Assembly: GCA_030141605.1 (NCBI GenBank)
Contig: JAQGDQ010000128.1
Span: 310,001 to 374,000, forward strand
Reading direction: 5' to 3'
DNA: 64,000 nt
Origin: Tubiluchus corallicola
Lineage: Eukaryota > Animalia > Priapulida
Shown here: positions 46,352 through 64,000 of the stretch, piece after piece
Layout of the letters: every line of letters starts with the position of its first letter
Position numbering within the stretch: position 1 is the first letter of the stretch
Made by a program: the position numbers and the translations under genes
Notes under the pieces: generated by a model
Database searches by the model: none
Told to the model about the DNA's origin: nothing
The model's input: only the letters and a program-made list of their open reading frames with translations

Positions 46352-48090
46352 AAGTTTGGTATATAGGTAAATGTGGTACCGGGAGAATTTGGGTACGCGG
46401 GTACTAGGAGTTTTTGGTACGCGGTAATTTTTGTACTGCGAAAATTTGGTACTAGGAATTTTTGGTACGCGGTAATTTTTGTACTGGGAAAATTTGGTAC
46501 AGAGAAAATAATTATGGTACTGGTAAATATGGTACTAATGAAGTTTTGTCAGGCATTTTTGGTACAAATAAATGTGGTACAAGGTAAAAATGGAACGGAA
46601 CAAATTTCGTACTAGGAAAGTTTGGTACTAGGGAAATTCGGTACAGAGAATGATTGATACCAAGAAAATTTGGTACTATGAAAATATATTTTATATAACC
46701 TACTCGAACAAGTTATAAAGGCTCATATTGTTTCATTTTTTATTTGTTTTTTGTTTGTTTGTTTATCTGCTTCTTGTTCGCTCTTTTGTTGTGATTACTG
46801 CCACTGCCGCCACCACCACCATCATCTTCATTATTGCTGTCATCATGTCACCATTTTGACATTATGACATTACTTTCATCATTTTGTTGCTATTGTTGTT
46901 TTGTTATTGTCAATGTTGTCATTGTTGTTGCTGCTGCTGTTGTTGTTACTGATGTTGTTGTTATTCTTATTAGTTTTTGCTTGCTGTTTTGTTGTCCTCA
47001 TCGTCGTTATTATCATCGTTGTTGTTGTTGTCATTGTTACATTTGTCGTTTTGTTACTGTTGCTGTTGTTACTGTTGTTGCTGCTGTTAATATTGTAAGC
47101 AGTGAACATCATAATTATCATCCCCGTCACCACAAATACTGTTGTTGCTGTTGTGCCAATAAATAACAATGGATGATTACAGTAAGTGATGGCAATAATA
47201 TTGATGATGACAACAATGACGATAATAATGATTACGATGATAACAGTGATGATTATGGCACAGATGACACTTATGATAATGTTGACAGTGATAATGATTA
47301 TGGCAAAAGTGAGAATGACAGTGACTACTACTGCATACAGTGGTTATTGCTGGCACTACACTATGTGGCACATTTGTGGCACTTTTGATAATTCCAATGA
47401 TTTAAATGCAGCTCCGATCTTAGGCAAAATGCTTTTACATGGCCTGGCTAGTGGGAATAAATAATACACACTTTTCAAATTTGGCAAAACTTTGCAAAGC
47501 CTAAATGTTAGTAGCAGTTCTTAATGCAGTACTATTTTTACTTTTGTTTGCCTGAGTGCTTGTTCAAAAAGCAATAAAATGTACCTGTGCCATTGCCATT
47601 ATAATAATTATTAAAACACAGACGGATGGACAGCCAGCCAGGTAGGCAGTGAACTTGGTAAAAACAAGCGATTGAGCATTATTTTATTGTTTAATTGTTT
47701 CTAACAGTGTAGTAATTCAGTAAACAGCAAAACTGTTGTACATTACATAGCTGCATGATTTCAGAAATTTTATTTTCAAATTGAAGTAAAACTGGGAAAA
47801 GTATAATGTTTTATGAACGTTTTAAATAAACCAGGATTTCCTAGTACCACATTTCCTTCCTACTGAATAAACTTCTTTACTTTCTAGTTAAAACTATTGT
47901 TCTATACTGAGATATAAAAATGCTCTCTTTTTTGTTTTGGACCAAATTTTCTAGTACCAACCCTTACTAGTACCAAATTTTCCTCGTACCATATTTTCCT
48001 AGTGCCAAAAATTCCTTGCAATTTAAGATGATAGAAGAAGATATAACCAAACTTACCTGTACCAAACTTACTTGTACCAAACTTTCCTAC
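46352..48090. mobile_element. Foldback-like element: inverted arrays of 15-20-bp units enclosing a low-complexity core
   Basis: The left array of (aaatttggtac...) units spans 46352-46680. The right array of reverse-complement (gtaccaaatttt) units spans ~47840-48090. The centre holds (GTT)n and (GAT)n degenerate repeats. Confidence 0.7.
46785..47335. repeat. Degenerate (GTT/GCT)n and (GAT/GAC)n trinucleotide low-complexity tract
   Basis: Direct reading of the sequence. Confidence 0.85.
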
Positions 48091-49829
48091 ATTCTTAGCT
48101 ACCACTCATCGGTTGCTGGACTCCCAGGAGTATCATTTCGAAGTTTCCTTTTCAATGACTATGGTGGTGTTTTTAGTGATGTGTTCAAGTTGACTTTTAA
48201 TTCTTGGTTATTTCGAAGCCCTCATGTTATTTGATCCTGCCGTGATTAGCTTTAGCATTAGCACAGTAACTACACGCTCAGGCAAACTCTTCCAAAGAGT
48301 TACAGAATTTCTTTTACACTTGTCAATGACATGTTACTTTCTGGAAGTTTATACCTTTAAGTGTTTGATAATTTAAGTTTGTGTTAATTAGTGATTTTTT
48401 GCAGCGACCTTGTCCTAATTGGCGATAACTCTACTAAAAAGTCAAGAAAAAAGCTCTTGCAAATTATTCGTGGGACAAAAACACTGCCAGCAATTTGTCC
48501 CACTGCCAGAAGAAAAAACTCTTGGTCTTTAGTGCGGAAAAGTATGGCGAAAAAAATTAGCTAATGAAAACCCTGGAGAGATTTTGGTGGAACATTCATT
48601 CACTGAGCATCAAAAACTGGCCTTTATACACTTACATACTTGATTTGAGGCCTAGCTGTGACTCACATCTCCCCATCAACTAAAATTTAATTGGGCATAA
48701 CACAATGTACACTGTAATCGTGTGATCAAAATCATAAGTGTGATCAAGTTCAGGTTATTCTGAGCAGAAAGTTAAACTGTAGGGTGGAAATGCTGTCTAG
48801 TAATTTACACTATTTACAGCAAAACAATTGCTGAATGAAATCTGGGATTGCCGATGTCCCATTCTTTTAGAGATTGTCCCTTTTTTAGCTTATTGTCCTT
48901 GTTTTTGTTTAAATTGTCTGTGATTTTTGCTTCAGCTTGCTTTAAACTTTTCACCTATTAAAACAGTGCAATATCGAAGTACACGTTTTCTAGCTTCATC
49001 GATGTTTATGTCATAAACTTGACTGATTCATCATTTAGTTGTCTGTCAACATGCTTATTGAGAGCTACCAATGCAAATGGTATTATTCAGCTATCGTTAT
49101 CAGTCAGTTTTGGTCTTACTTGCATTTATTATGACTACATGTAATTTAGTCTACGTGATTAAATTTTGGTGAGTAGACATACTGAGTTCCCCTGCAATGG
49201 GAGCTTATGACAGAATCACCCCAGCTTCTTAGCTGATTTATCCCCGATTTTCTTATTCAGCATCTGACAACTCTAAAGAGGTCTGTAGAAATATGATAGT
49301 CAAGATGAAGTTCAATAAATCAAATTAAAAATTTAGATTGATGCAATGAATTCACACCAATTGGCTACTTCATTTTTCTCTGTCTTTTTGTATTTTTTAC
49401 ACCTTTCTGTAACAATTCACTGTTGATTCTTTACAGTTAACTGCTACGTTACATCAGCATTTGTGCATGTTCTTTTGGTACTCGCTTATGTTAGAGACTG
49501 TTTGTAGATCTGTTTGTAGGTCAAATATTTTTATTCTCAGTCTCCTGCCCTATCTGAGAAACTACTACTACTTTTATCCTTCTCATTCATAACTGATTTT
49601 GCATCATACTGAAAATGCAGCAGCTGCGAATCTGTTTATCCCTTTCATTGCTTATTATAGTTACCGCTATAAAGTGGCACTATAAAATTATTGTTTCACA
49701 TCTCTCTGTCTGTCCATCCATCTGTCTCTCTGTTGCCATTTTTTGCTACATGTAAAATTAAACTTACAATTCATTATTGCAGGAAAATGGCAGATTGTTC
49801 GTAGCTGGGAAAAGTAAATTTTAATAAAG

Positions 49830-50225
49830 ATGAATTACTTGCCCGGGACAGCAAGCCTTATTGAAGAAATAGACAAGAAACTGTTGGTTGTGTTACGCGA
49901 TGGACGAACTTTGATTGGTCGACTTCGAAGCATTGACCAGTTTGCTAACTTAATGCTTCACCAGACCATAGAGCGTATTCATGTTGGACAGCTCTACGGC
50001 GATATTCCAAGGGGTATATTTATTGTTCGTGGTGAAAATGTTGTACTTTTGGGTGAAGTGGATGAGTCAGATTCCAATTCCTCCTTAACTCAAGTTTCTA
50101 TTGACGAAATTCTGGAAGCTCAGAGGATTGAGCAAATGCAGAAACAAGAAAAGGAGAAGGCAAGAAATAAGGCATTGTTAGAACGTGGATTAAATCCTCA
50201 TGCAGAGACACATGATGACTTTTAA
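49830..50225 (+). CDS. LSM1: Sm-like protein LSm1 (Lsm1-7 mRNA decay complex), 131 aa, single coding exon
   Basis: MNYLPGTASLIEEIDKKLLVVLRDGRTLIGRLRSIDQFANLMLHQTIERIHVG..YGDIPRGIFIVRGENVVLLGEVD is the hallmark LSm1 sequence. A 5'-UTR acceptor ttgcag ends at 49782. Confidence 0.98.
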   Translation: MNYLPGTASLIEEIDKKLLVVLRDGRTLIGRLRSIDQFANLMLHQTIERIHVGQLYGDIPRGIFIVRGENVVLLGEVDESDSNSSLTQVSIDEILEAQRIEQMQKQEKEKARNKALLERGLNPHAETHDDF

Positions 50226-52580
50226 GTTTACCTACCGATAAAAGAAAGAAAGTTATTGACGTCATAGTGTTTACAAAACATCCTGCCACATGTTTGTGGA
50301 AAGGATCTTCCTAATTGAGCCTTTAGAAAGTAGCTTAACAAAATTATGATACAGGTTTGTAGTTTTACAGTTTCAATTGCAATGTTATTTTCAATCGTTA
50401 AATTAAAAAAGAGAATCAATTTTCTAAGCAGAGAAATTTTGTAGAAGGGTGTTGCTGCTAATGTTTTTTTTTTTGTATAAATTATCTGTAGTTTAGAGCT
50501 TCTACTTTTTTGTTTTTTCATTTGAAAGACAGACTTATATCATACTGTAACACATAAAGAAAAAACACTGTGTCATTCACAAGCTACAGTAGTTACTGTG
50601 TCATATTTCTTGTCAGCTATTGTAACTTACTAATGATAGTTTATAACTGTGAAGATTAACTATTGTTATAACTTATATTTCTGCATTATATAACCACCTA
50701 CAGTATGAACTCACAAGTAAAATAAAGTTGCCATAGAAGAAAATGAATTTTATTTGTGCTGTTAAGTTTATAAAGTAATACTTACATGTATGAGATCACT
50801 GACATGCCATTAAATTTTGTTGTTTGGAAAGCAGAATTAAAGTGAAAGTGATTTTTCTGGTTCTCTTATTTTGATTCTTTACTGTTGGTGTGTATTTTCA
50901 TGTGGATATTACAATTAATTTTGATATTTTGAATTGTGATTGTTAAAAGGAAGATATCAAGTGTGTGATCGTTCATATTATCTCAATTTAACTTCATATA
51001 ACTTGCACATAGAATTCCTCGGCAAATGAAACGAATTACAGCCTCTCATGTGTCACGTTTTAGTTAAAAATAGTAACAGTGATGCCTTTGGACAGTTCTT
51101 GGAAAAATTTACTAATCACTATATTTGACACTATCATTAAATTGTTAGATATCATTGAATTCCAGATCTTAAGCTTTCCTTGCATCGAGAAAGTAGGTAG
51201 GGTTAATAACATTAATTTCTGCAAGCTAGTGTATGACCAGTCAGTTAGGTTAATATTACAGAGCTTTATTGATTGACTCAAGAAGTTAAAGAGTCCTCTT
51301 GCTTGTGCACTGTTTACCTAATCCTGGTTAATTATCTTATGGCTATGCTTTAGTGAAGATTCCTAGCTTTTGTTATTTTGCTACTAGACTTTGACAAATA
51401 CTTTGTTGGGTTGTAGGAAACTGATTGTTTATGTGAGTTGCTGTCTGCTGATAGGTTATCATGCGAAAAGCCTGTTGGTCCCATGACCTAGCATGTACCA
51501 AATTCCCTACTTTTGAGGTTATTTATAAAAATTTATATTATAACGTGTTTATAACTCTTAATTACATGTATCTTCGTTTTAGGTTTCCAACCTATTCGAT
51601 GTTTAAAAATGTTCCCTGGCTTTCATTCACCAGCAGAAGGAATCACAATAACTGGCAAAACAACTGAGTTTTTGTCACATAGGTTCATCATGATACAGGC
51701 TTGTGCTAAACCAAACATAAAAACACCAATGATGGTACAAATCCATAATACGTTTAATTTTGATAGCATATTTTAAAGACAGAAAATGTGAAAAAGTTGG
51801 GATATAGCATGGATTTGAATTGGGGACTTTCTGTTCTGCTTAGCTGGTCAACCGAATTAAACATTTCCCGATCAACCTTTGATTAAATATGTGTGAATTT
51901 GTACCATCGTTAATAATAATTTTGACGTTAAGGTTATAATAAATGATTACATACGGTATATGGTAACTGAATGGTCTAAGGTGTTTGCCTTGAGGACCCT
52001 CTTGTTTACTGTCTTGCCCCGAAATAGAGGGAACATGGTCTTCGGAAAACGGAAAATAAATTAAAGAATGGCAAAATTTCATCCATTTGAGCAGGTATAA
52101 AAACAGTCAAGTACACAGTAGCAACTTCTAAAAAATTTTCCAGTGCACCTTACCTGCAAAATTGTTTTAAAAAACTCTTGCGTGTATGGCTGAATAGAAT
52201 ACGAGGAAAACTGTCTTGGCATTTAAAAAAATCTGTCTTTAAAAATACACGTAAAATGTCAACTCACTAATCAGTAGGTACTAGATATTAGTTCCTACAT
52301 GATTTATGTATTTGAGCTACCAAATATTTGATTAACAAAATAACTGAATAAAAAACAAAAAATGTGTAAACAAGAAATAGTAATAAATCTTGCCAGGGGG
52401 ATGTAAGATTTGACAAACTGCAAAGCCAATCCTTGTGGCGACAAATAATATTATTTCTCGTCATTCACATTATACAAAACCGATTAAATTTTTGCTTGTA
52501 CAAATATTCTCTGAAACTTATTAACGACAAGTTTCAAAATCCGGCAGGCGAAGGTCATAAAGAGCGTCAAACTCTGGTGC

Positions 52581-52590
52581 TATATATAAG
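52581..52590 (+). promoter_or_regulatory. TATA box of the serine protease gene
   Basis: tatatataag in a locally GC-richer context, ~90 bp upstream of the signal-peptide ATG at 52677. Confidence 0.6.
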
Positions 52591-52676
52591 CTCAAGGAAT
52601 GGGCCAGCGCTCATGTTAGCCGTGAGAATTTCTATTTTCATAATTTCAACGAAATTAAAAGCATAAACACGTAATT

Positions 52677-58616
<5,940 letters not shown>

Positions 58617-59299
58617 ACGACTAATGACGGTGGATGCATGGAAATAATTACCTGGGCTACAGACCTCTTATTTAAATCGTATAGCATGGGTTATTTTGAA
58701 ATAAATTTACCTTTTATGAATAATTTAGAAAGAAGTGAAAATTGCGCCTTGTAAGTACATAATCATTTCTTGCGTGTACATTGTAGAATTGTGATTATCT
58801 TACAAACTGTCACATCCTTGTAACTATCTTTTACTGCATGTATGTACAAATTCGCATCTTGTACGTGCCACGTACTTTCTTTTATGGACACTGGACAAAA
58901 GACCATTTTCACTTTCATGTTTGCAGACAATAATTTTTGCTTTTGCGTATGCGTACCATAATTTTTGTAGCAAAATGTGATGATAGTTTTGGGTGGGTGA
59001 CTTGCTGAAAGAAACGCAATGACGCGGCTTGCGTCGCACATTGTGATTTTTGCGCCCCCGCTAAAATTTTACGGTTTTCAACTTGAAAAATTACGCATAT
59101 TTTAGCACATGCACATTGCATTCAAATTACCGTGTACACTATCTACACGATATCACGAAAATGTCGACCAAAGTGAGCATTCTGTAGATATTGGAAGTAT
59201 CGGGCTGATTATTTTTGCATATAAATCTGCAGTACTTTTTAAGGCGGAACGGTGTTGTCTGATTATTGCTGCTCTCTGGCCATTTCATCATCTGGTGGC

Positions 59300-60055
59300 G
59301 GTATTTGGGTGTGCCCCAAATATGCCTTTTTTGCCTTGGTATATTGAATGTATTGTCATTTTAATAAAATTTAATGACCTCATTTATCAACTAATTTCAT
59401 TCTTGGTGCTTTCGCTAAAAACTAGCCAGGTTCGGCCAATTTTATGAACGGTTTTATGAACATTAGCTTACGAAAAAAGTAAATTTATTGATAGAATAGC
59501 AATAAATGAGTTTTTGTGAGGAATGTTCATGAGCATGCGCGAGTGTCGCGCGCATTGTTTCTAGCCAACCAATCAATGAATGCCATCCGTCGTCTTGTCG
59601 AAAATCACCCATTTGCCTGCTGTCGCTGGATGTGAAAACCCACACTCTCTCCATCCACTACTAAATGTAATTTTTGTGTGAACTTTAGGTTGAGGTACTT
59701 TTAACATTGCAGTGTTTTTTTTCTGTAGCGTGGAATTTTTATATGTTGTTGAAACTGCTTTACTAGGCGTTTATAAGTTTGTAATGTATTATAGTACTGC
59801 AAACCATGCCTTATTACATTTATTATCGTAGACGCAAGTCAATATTGTGATTAGTATAGTCAGGTATTGAGTGGGGTGGTATTTAGGTGTGCCACATCTT
59901 TTTTGCCTTGCTATATTGAATGTATTGTCATTTTAATAAATGATCTTATTTTTATCAACTAATTTCATTCTTGGTACTTTTGTAAAAAATTAGCCAGGTT
60001 CAGCAAATTTTACCTCTAGATTAGCGGTAAAACTATGAACATTAGCTCACAAAAA
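59300..60055. repeat. Pair of ~180-bp direct repeats ~580 bp apart
   Basis: ggtattt.ggtgtgcc...ttttttgccttg.tatattgaatgtattgtcattttaataaa...tatcaactaatttcattcttggt...tagccaggttc...tatgaacattagct at 59300-59477 and 59878-60055. Confidence 0.85.
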
Positions 60056-61665
60056 TACTTTTTTATTATTTTACATGTTATGGATAAGACGGAGTAGTAG
60101 TTTGCCGAGTTGGAACAGTTATTTTTACCTTTTTTTTAAAAAAACTTGAAATTATATCAGCAATTTGCTACACAGTGTGTATGCAGCTAGTCGAGAAGTA
60201 GACAATGTATGTATACCACAGACAGTGGTTCATGTAGAAATTCAGGCTGTTGTTTAAAAACTAAAAATGGTAAATGAGTTTTTTTACATTTCAACTGTTG
60301 CATTGCTTTTTTGACTGAAAATGGCATGAAAAACAGATTTAAGACTAACTCCAGGGGTAGTTTAAGCATTAATATTAGGTGCGTTGTCGTTGTCAAGAGT
60401 GAAAAATCCCCCAAATCAGGAGTTTAGCAAGTTAGCTCTGTCACTATCTAATATGACAATGTATACACGTCATTACGTTATCATTACATCGCATAAAGGA
60501 TACATATTTCTACAATTATTCATTTCTACTAGAATATTAGTGTGTGAGATTTCTGTAAATCGTAGACAATACGCTGGGATAGCAAATCAGATATTAATAG
60601 AGTCCTTAAATATTTCAATGTTACAACAAACAACCAATATCCAATGTTAACTCTATGCCATGCCTTGCAAAGCCATCAAAACTTGTTAGGGTAGCCTACC
60701 GTTAAAAGTGCAATAATGAATTAACTAAAGAAAAAACTACATATGAACACATAAACGAGCCAGTAGCAACATAGCCAGAAAAAGAAGTTTAATTTAAAGA
60801 ATCTCGTCAAAAATAGATGTCACAAAAATTAGCAGTCTGTCAATCTAGACGAGTTAACACTGAAAAATTAAAATAAAAGTCATGCAACTGTATTATACTG
60901 TAGTGACTCAGAATACGAGTACCACAAATATTGTGGATTTAATCATTAATACCTTTGTGGCTGCCAGCATAAATAAATAAGTACCTGATTTTAAGCAATA
61001 GCATTATTGGCAATTTGGCAGTATCAATGCCAGTGACGCCATAAATATTTCCAAGACAACGATCAGGTCATTGCATTTTCCTGAACATAGCGCAAAACTG
61101 CAATGAAGACTCTTTTTGACTTGGCTGCGTTAATTCCAGCTACGTAGCTTTACAAATTGGTATATAGGCTACCATCCAGATATTATACCAATTATGTCGT
61201 CTTTCATAATTATACCAACAGTTGGTACATTAATGGTAATACTAAACATTTTGTCTAACAAACGGTAGGTAAACATTAAAATGAATTATTTAGAATTAGA
61301 CTTAGAAATATTGTGCATTTTCTATTTACTTGTATAGAGTTTAAATTGAGCATTGAGAAATAAAGATATAGCATACTGATGAGATGCTGGATAAGTTGTG
61401 CTGTAGCTTCAACATCACTCAATCTTTGCCAAATCTTAGTCATAATTCTAGCCATAAAAGACAAGCGCACACATAAAAATAGAAATTGCATAAGCAAAAT
61501 AATTTACAAATCAAAAAAATTACTTTTAAAAAATTTGACAAAACTATATATAACAGAATATATTGAAATCAAGTATTGGAGCGTGCACAAACTAGAGCGC
61601 TATGTACATCGCATCGCCTTCTACAACATTTTGTCTCTCTTTTCCTCTCCTCTCCGCCATCTCGC

Positions 61666-61857
<192 letters not shown>

Positions 61858-62499
61858 GTTTTTTCTCTCACTCCCTTTATGTTTCTTTTTCTTTCTTTCT
61901 CTTTCTCGTTTTGACTTGCTATTTGACAGTTTTTCTCCGTTTGTCTTGGCAGGCCATTTTATTGCACTCTGGCTAATGTTTTCGTCCGAAAATCAAGATC
62001 GTCTGAAAACATGGTTAAAACATTCATGCAAGGTTTGTATCATGCTTCATAATTTAATACTGTTGAAACTTGAAATGGCTCAAGTGAACTTTTTATTTCA
62101 AATAATAGCTAATAGATACATTTATTAATTGCAATACCAGTGAGGAAGAAGTAAGAGGCTAAAGCCGGTCTACGACCCATTCTCAAAATAAACAAAAAAA
62201 CATAACACATGAACGAGAACAACATTATCAGAACTCCATAAACCCGTAATCAAAGAAAAAAACAGCAAAATTTGTGAACGCTATCCTTATCGAGTTGCTT
62301 TAATCTAATCTACATAGTGTCAGATCATCTTCGTTTCCCAATTCAGCTCACCGGTCGCGTGAGGAAGCACGAAGCGTGAAGTTATTTATGTGTACGTTTT
62401 TTGAGCTCTCTGCAAAATTCGAAAATATAATGGTTTCGTGAAGATGTTATTGGTTTCACGCTTTATACATAGCGTGAAAAACTATTTTGTTCGAGGAAG

Positions 62500-64000
62500 A
62501 CGATAGCGGACATTGAAAAACATTAAAAACGGCCAGTAATAAGCTCTCCCAACTCAATGCAAACTTTACAGCGATAGAGCTGAATTATGCCATAAAACAA
62601 ACAAAATGATAGGGAATAAGTCTTAATGGAGATGGAGTTCACCCAGTAATGTTAACACATCTGGGCTTCTGAGCTAAGTCAGCGTTCTTAAACTTGCGTA
62701 ACTTATTCCTGAATGAGGGTCGATGGGTATGGAATAACTCGAAAGTTATATTTATTAAAAAAGAAAATAAGGAGACATACACTGAGCCCGGAAGCTTCTG
62801 ACCAACAAATATTTCTCCTACTTTGGTGATTTTCAACAAGCTTTTGACTCAGTTTGGTTAGATGGCCTGATATATAAACTACATGAAACAAGAATCCGTG
62901 GAATTTCGTTTGGCTTGATAAAAAAACATACGGTATGATAGGAAAGTACGTATTAGACTGGACAATTATTCTTTCAGTGATTACCACTGCAAAATTGGAT
63001 TGGTCCAAGGATCAGTGATCCCCTATTTTGTTTATATTCCATGCTTCTGAAATTTTCAGTCAACTGAGAACAATTATTGGTGATGTAAACTGTTACAAAT
63101 TTGCTGATGACGGGACGATCGTAGTAGGTAGTGGTATATCAATAGAAACAATTAAAAGAACCCAAAATTGCTGCAACAAACTACACAAATGGTGTTACAA
63201 AGGAAGGAAAGTCATAAATTGTTCAGCTGATAAAACTGAGGTCATACCTTTTGGACTTGGAAACCAACCTCAAACATGAACTATAGGAAATAAAATCATA
63301 AACTATGTACAGAATAGTGAGTTTCTTGTCATCATCATAGACAGTAATCGTTTGAATGCCACATAAACGCTTCAAGGAAAAAAGCTTAGAATGGTTGGAT
63401 AAAAATGTAAAAGAATTTAGTTTACCTACTGTAATTTCATTGTTTACAAGTATTGTTTTACCAACAATTATATATACGGAGCGACAGCGTGGACAAGTCG
63501 TAAGCATTGCGTCTTTGATGATTTAATTTATGATGTAATGAAGACAGGGACAGGTTGCCATTTTACGCCAACTAGAGAAAAATTGAAATTAATTTGTGAC
63601 CTATCACCACTAGATATCATGTTTAAAGCAATGTGTGCTAAACTGCTTTGTTAACATTAACTCTTACTGATGACCACCTTTTGAAATGAGAAATTATTAC
63701 AATAAGTGACCAAGCAAATCACAGGCATTTCATAAGCAAATCCACGCAACAACAAAGAAGTTTCTTAAGCATTGTAAAAACCTTGACAACCGCACTGAAA
63801 GTTTAAATAATGTGCCTGTTGATATTGTGCAGTATAAAAAATCAGAGATTGATGATTTTATTTCACGTCTATGGGTCGATAGGCGTCGCTCACGTTATCA
63901 ATGCCGTGAAAGTTCCATTAACCCCTATAAGATTTGGTTATTGACGCTAAAGTTGTCAATAACACCCTGGCAACGAAAAGTAGAAATATTAGCATTGAGC
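62500..64000 (+). mobile_element. Decayed non-LTR retrotransposon (LINE) reverse transcriptase region
   Basis: Interrupted RT motifs occur in order: GDGVHPVML, VIFIKKENKETYTEPGSF*P (PK..K.....YRPISL-like), GLVQGSVI/PILF, and YKFADDGTI (63100-63111), then W...INCS.DKTEVIPF. Many stops, frameshifts and apparent internal deletions. Confidence 0.8.

Noticed and set aside
46352-46680. Regularly spaced short repeats, superficially CRISPR-like
   Set aside because: Units are degenerate, abut with no unique 25-45-bp spacers, have an inverted counterpart, and sit in eukaryotic DNA without cas genes.
46834-47464. Several Cys/His/Asp/Leu-rich ORFs on both strands
   Set aside because: Trinucleotide low-complexity DNA inside the foldback-like element.

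Overview
AT-rich, intron-rich eukaryotic genomic DNA. It looks like an invertebrate animal, which is inferred from gene content and repeat types. Hand-assembled GT-AG gene models, left to right: (1) the last exon of an unidentified upstream gene; (2) a CD225/dispanin (IFITM/PRRT-type) membrane protein; (3) a 256-aa protein whose C-terminus resembles C1orf115/RDD1; (4,5) two tandem Arf-like GTPase paralogs on the minus strand; (6) Rab4, head-to-head with the Arf pair; (7) an intronless mitochondrial malonyl-CoA:ACP transacylase (MCAT) homolog; (8) intronless LSM1; (9) a secreted trypsin-like protease. Between them lie MITEs and other DNA-transposon derivatives, LINE fragments (RTE-like, CR1-like, and a decayed RT at the right edge), tRNA-like SINE remnants and microsatellites. 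The strongest leads are three. The MCAT has its catalytic Ser replaced by Asp and its GQG loop eroded, making it a candidate pseudoenzyme. The duplicated Arf has its catalytic Gln replaced by His and a remodelled switch II. The third is the possible invertebrate C1orf115-like gene. All homology calls come from motif recognition by eye; no searches were run.
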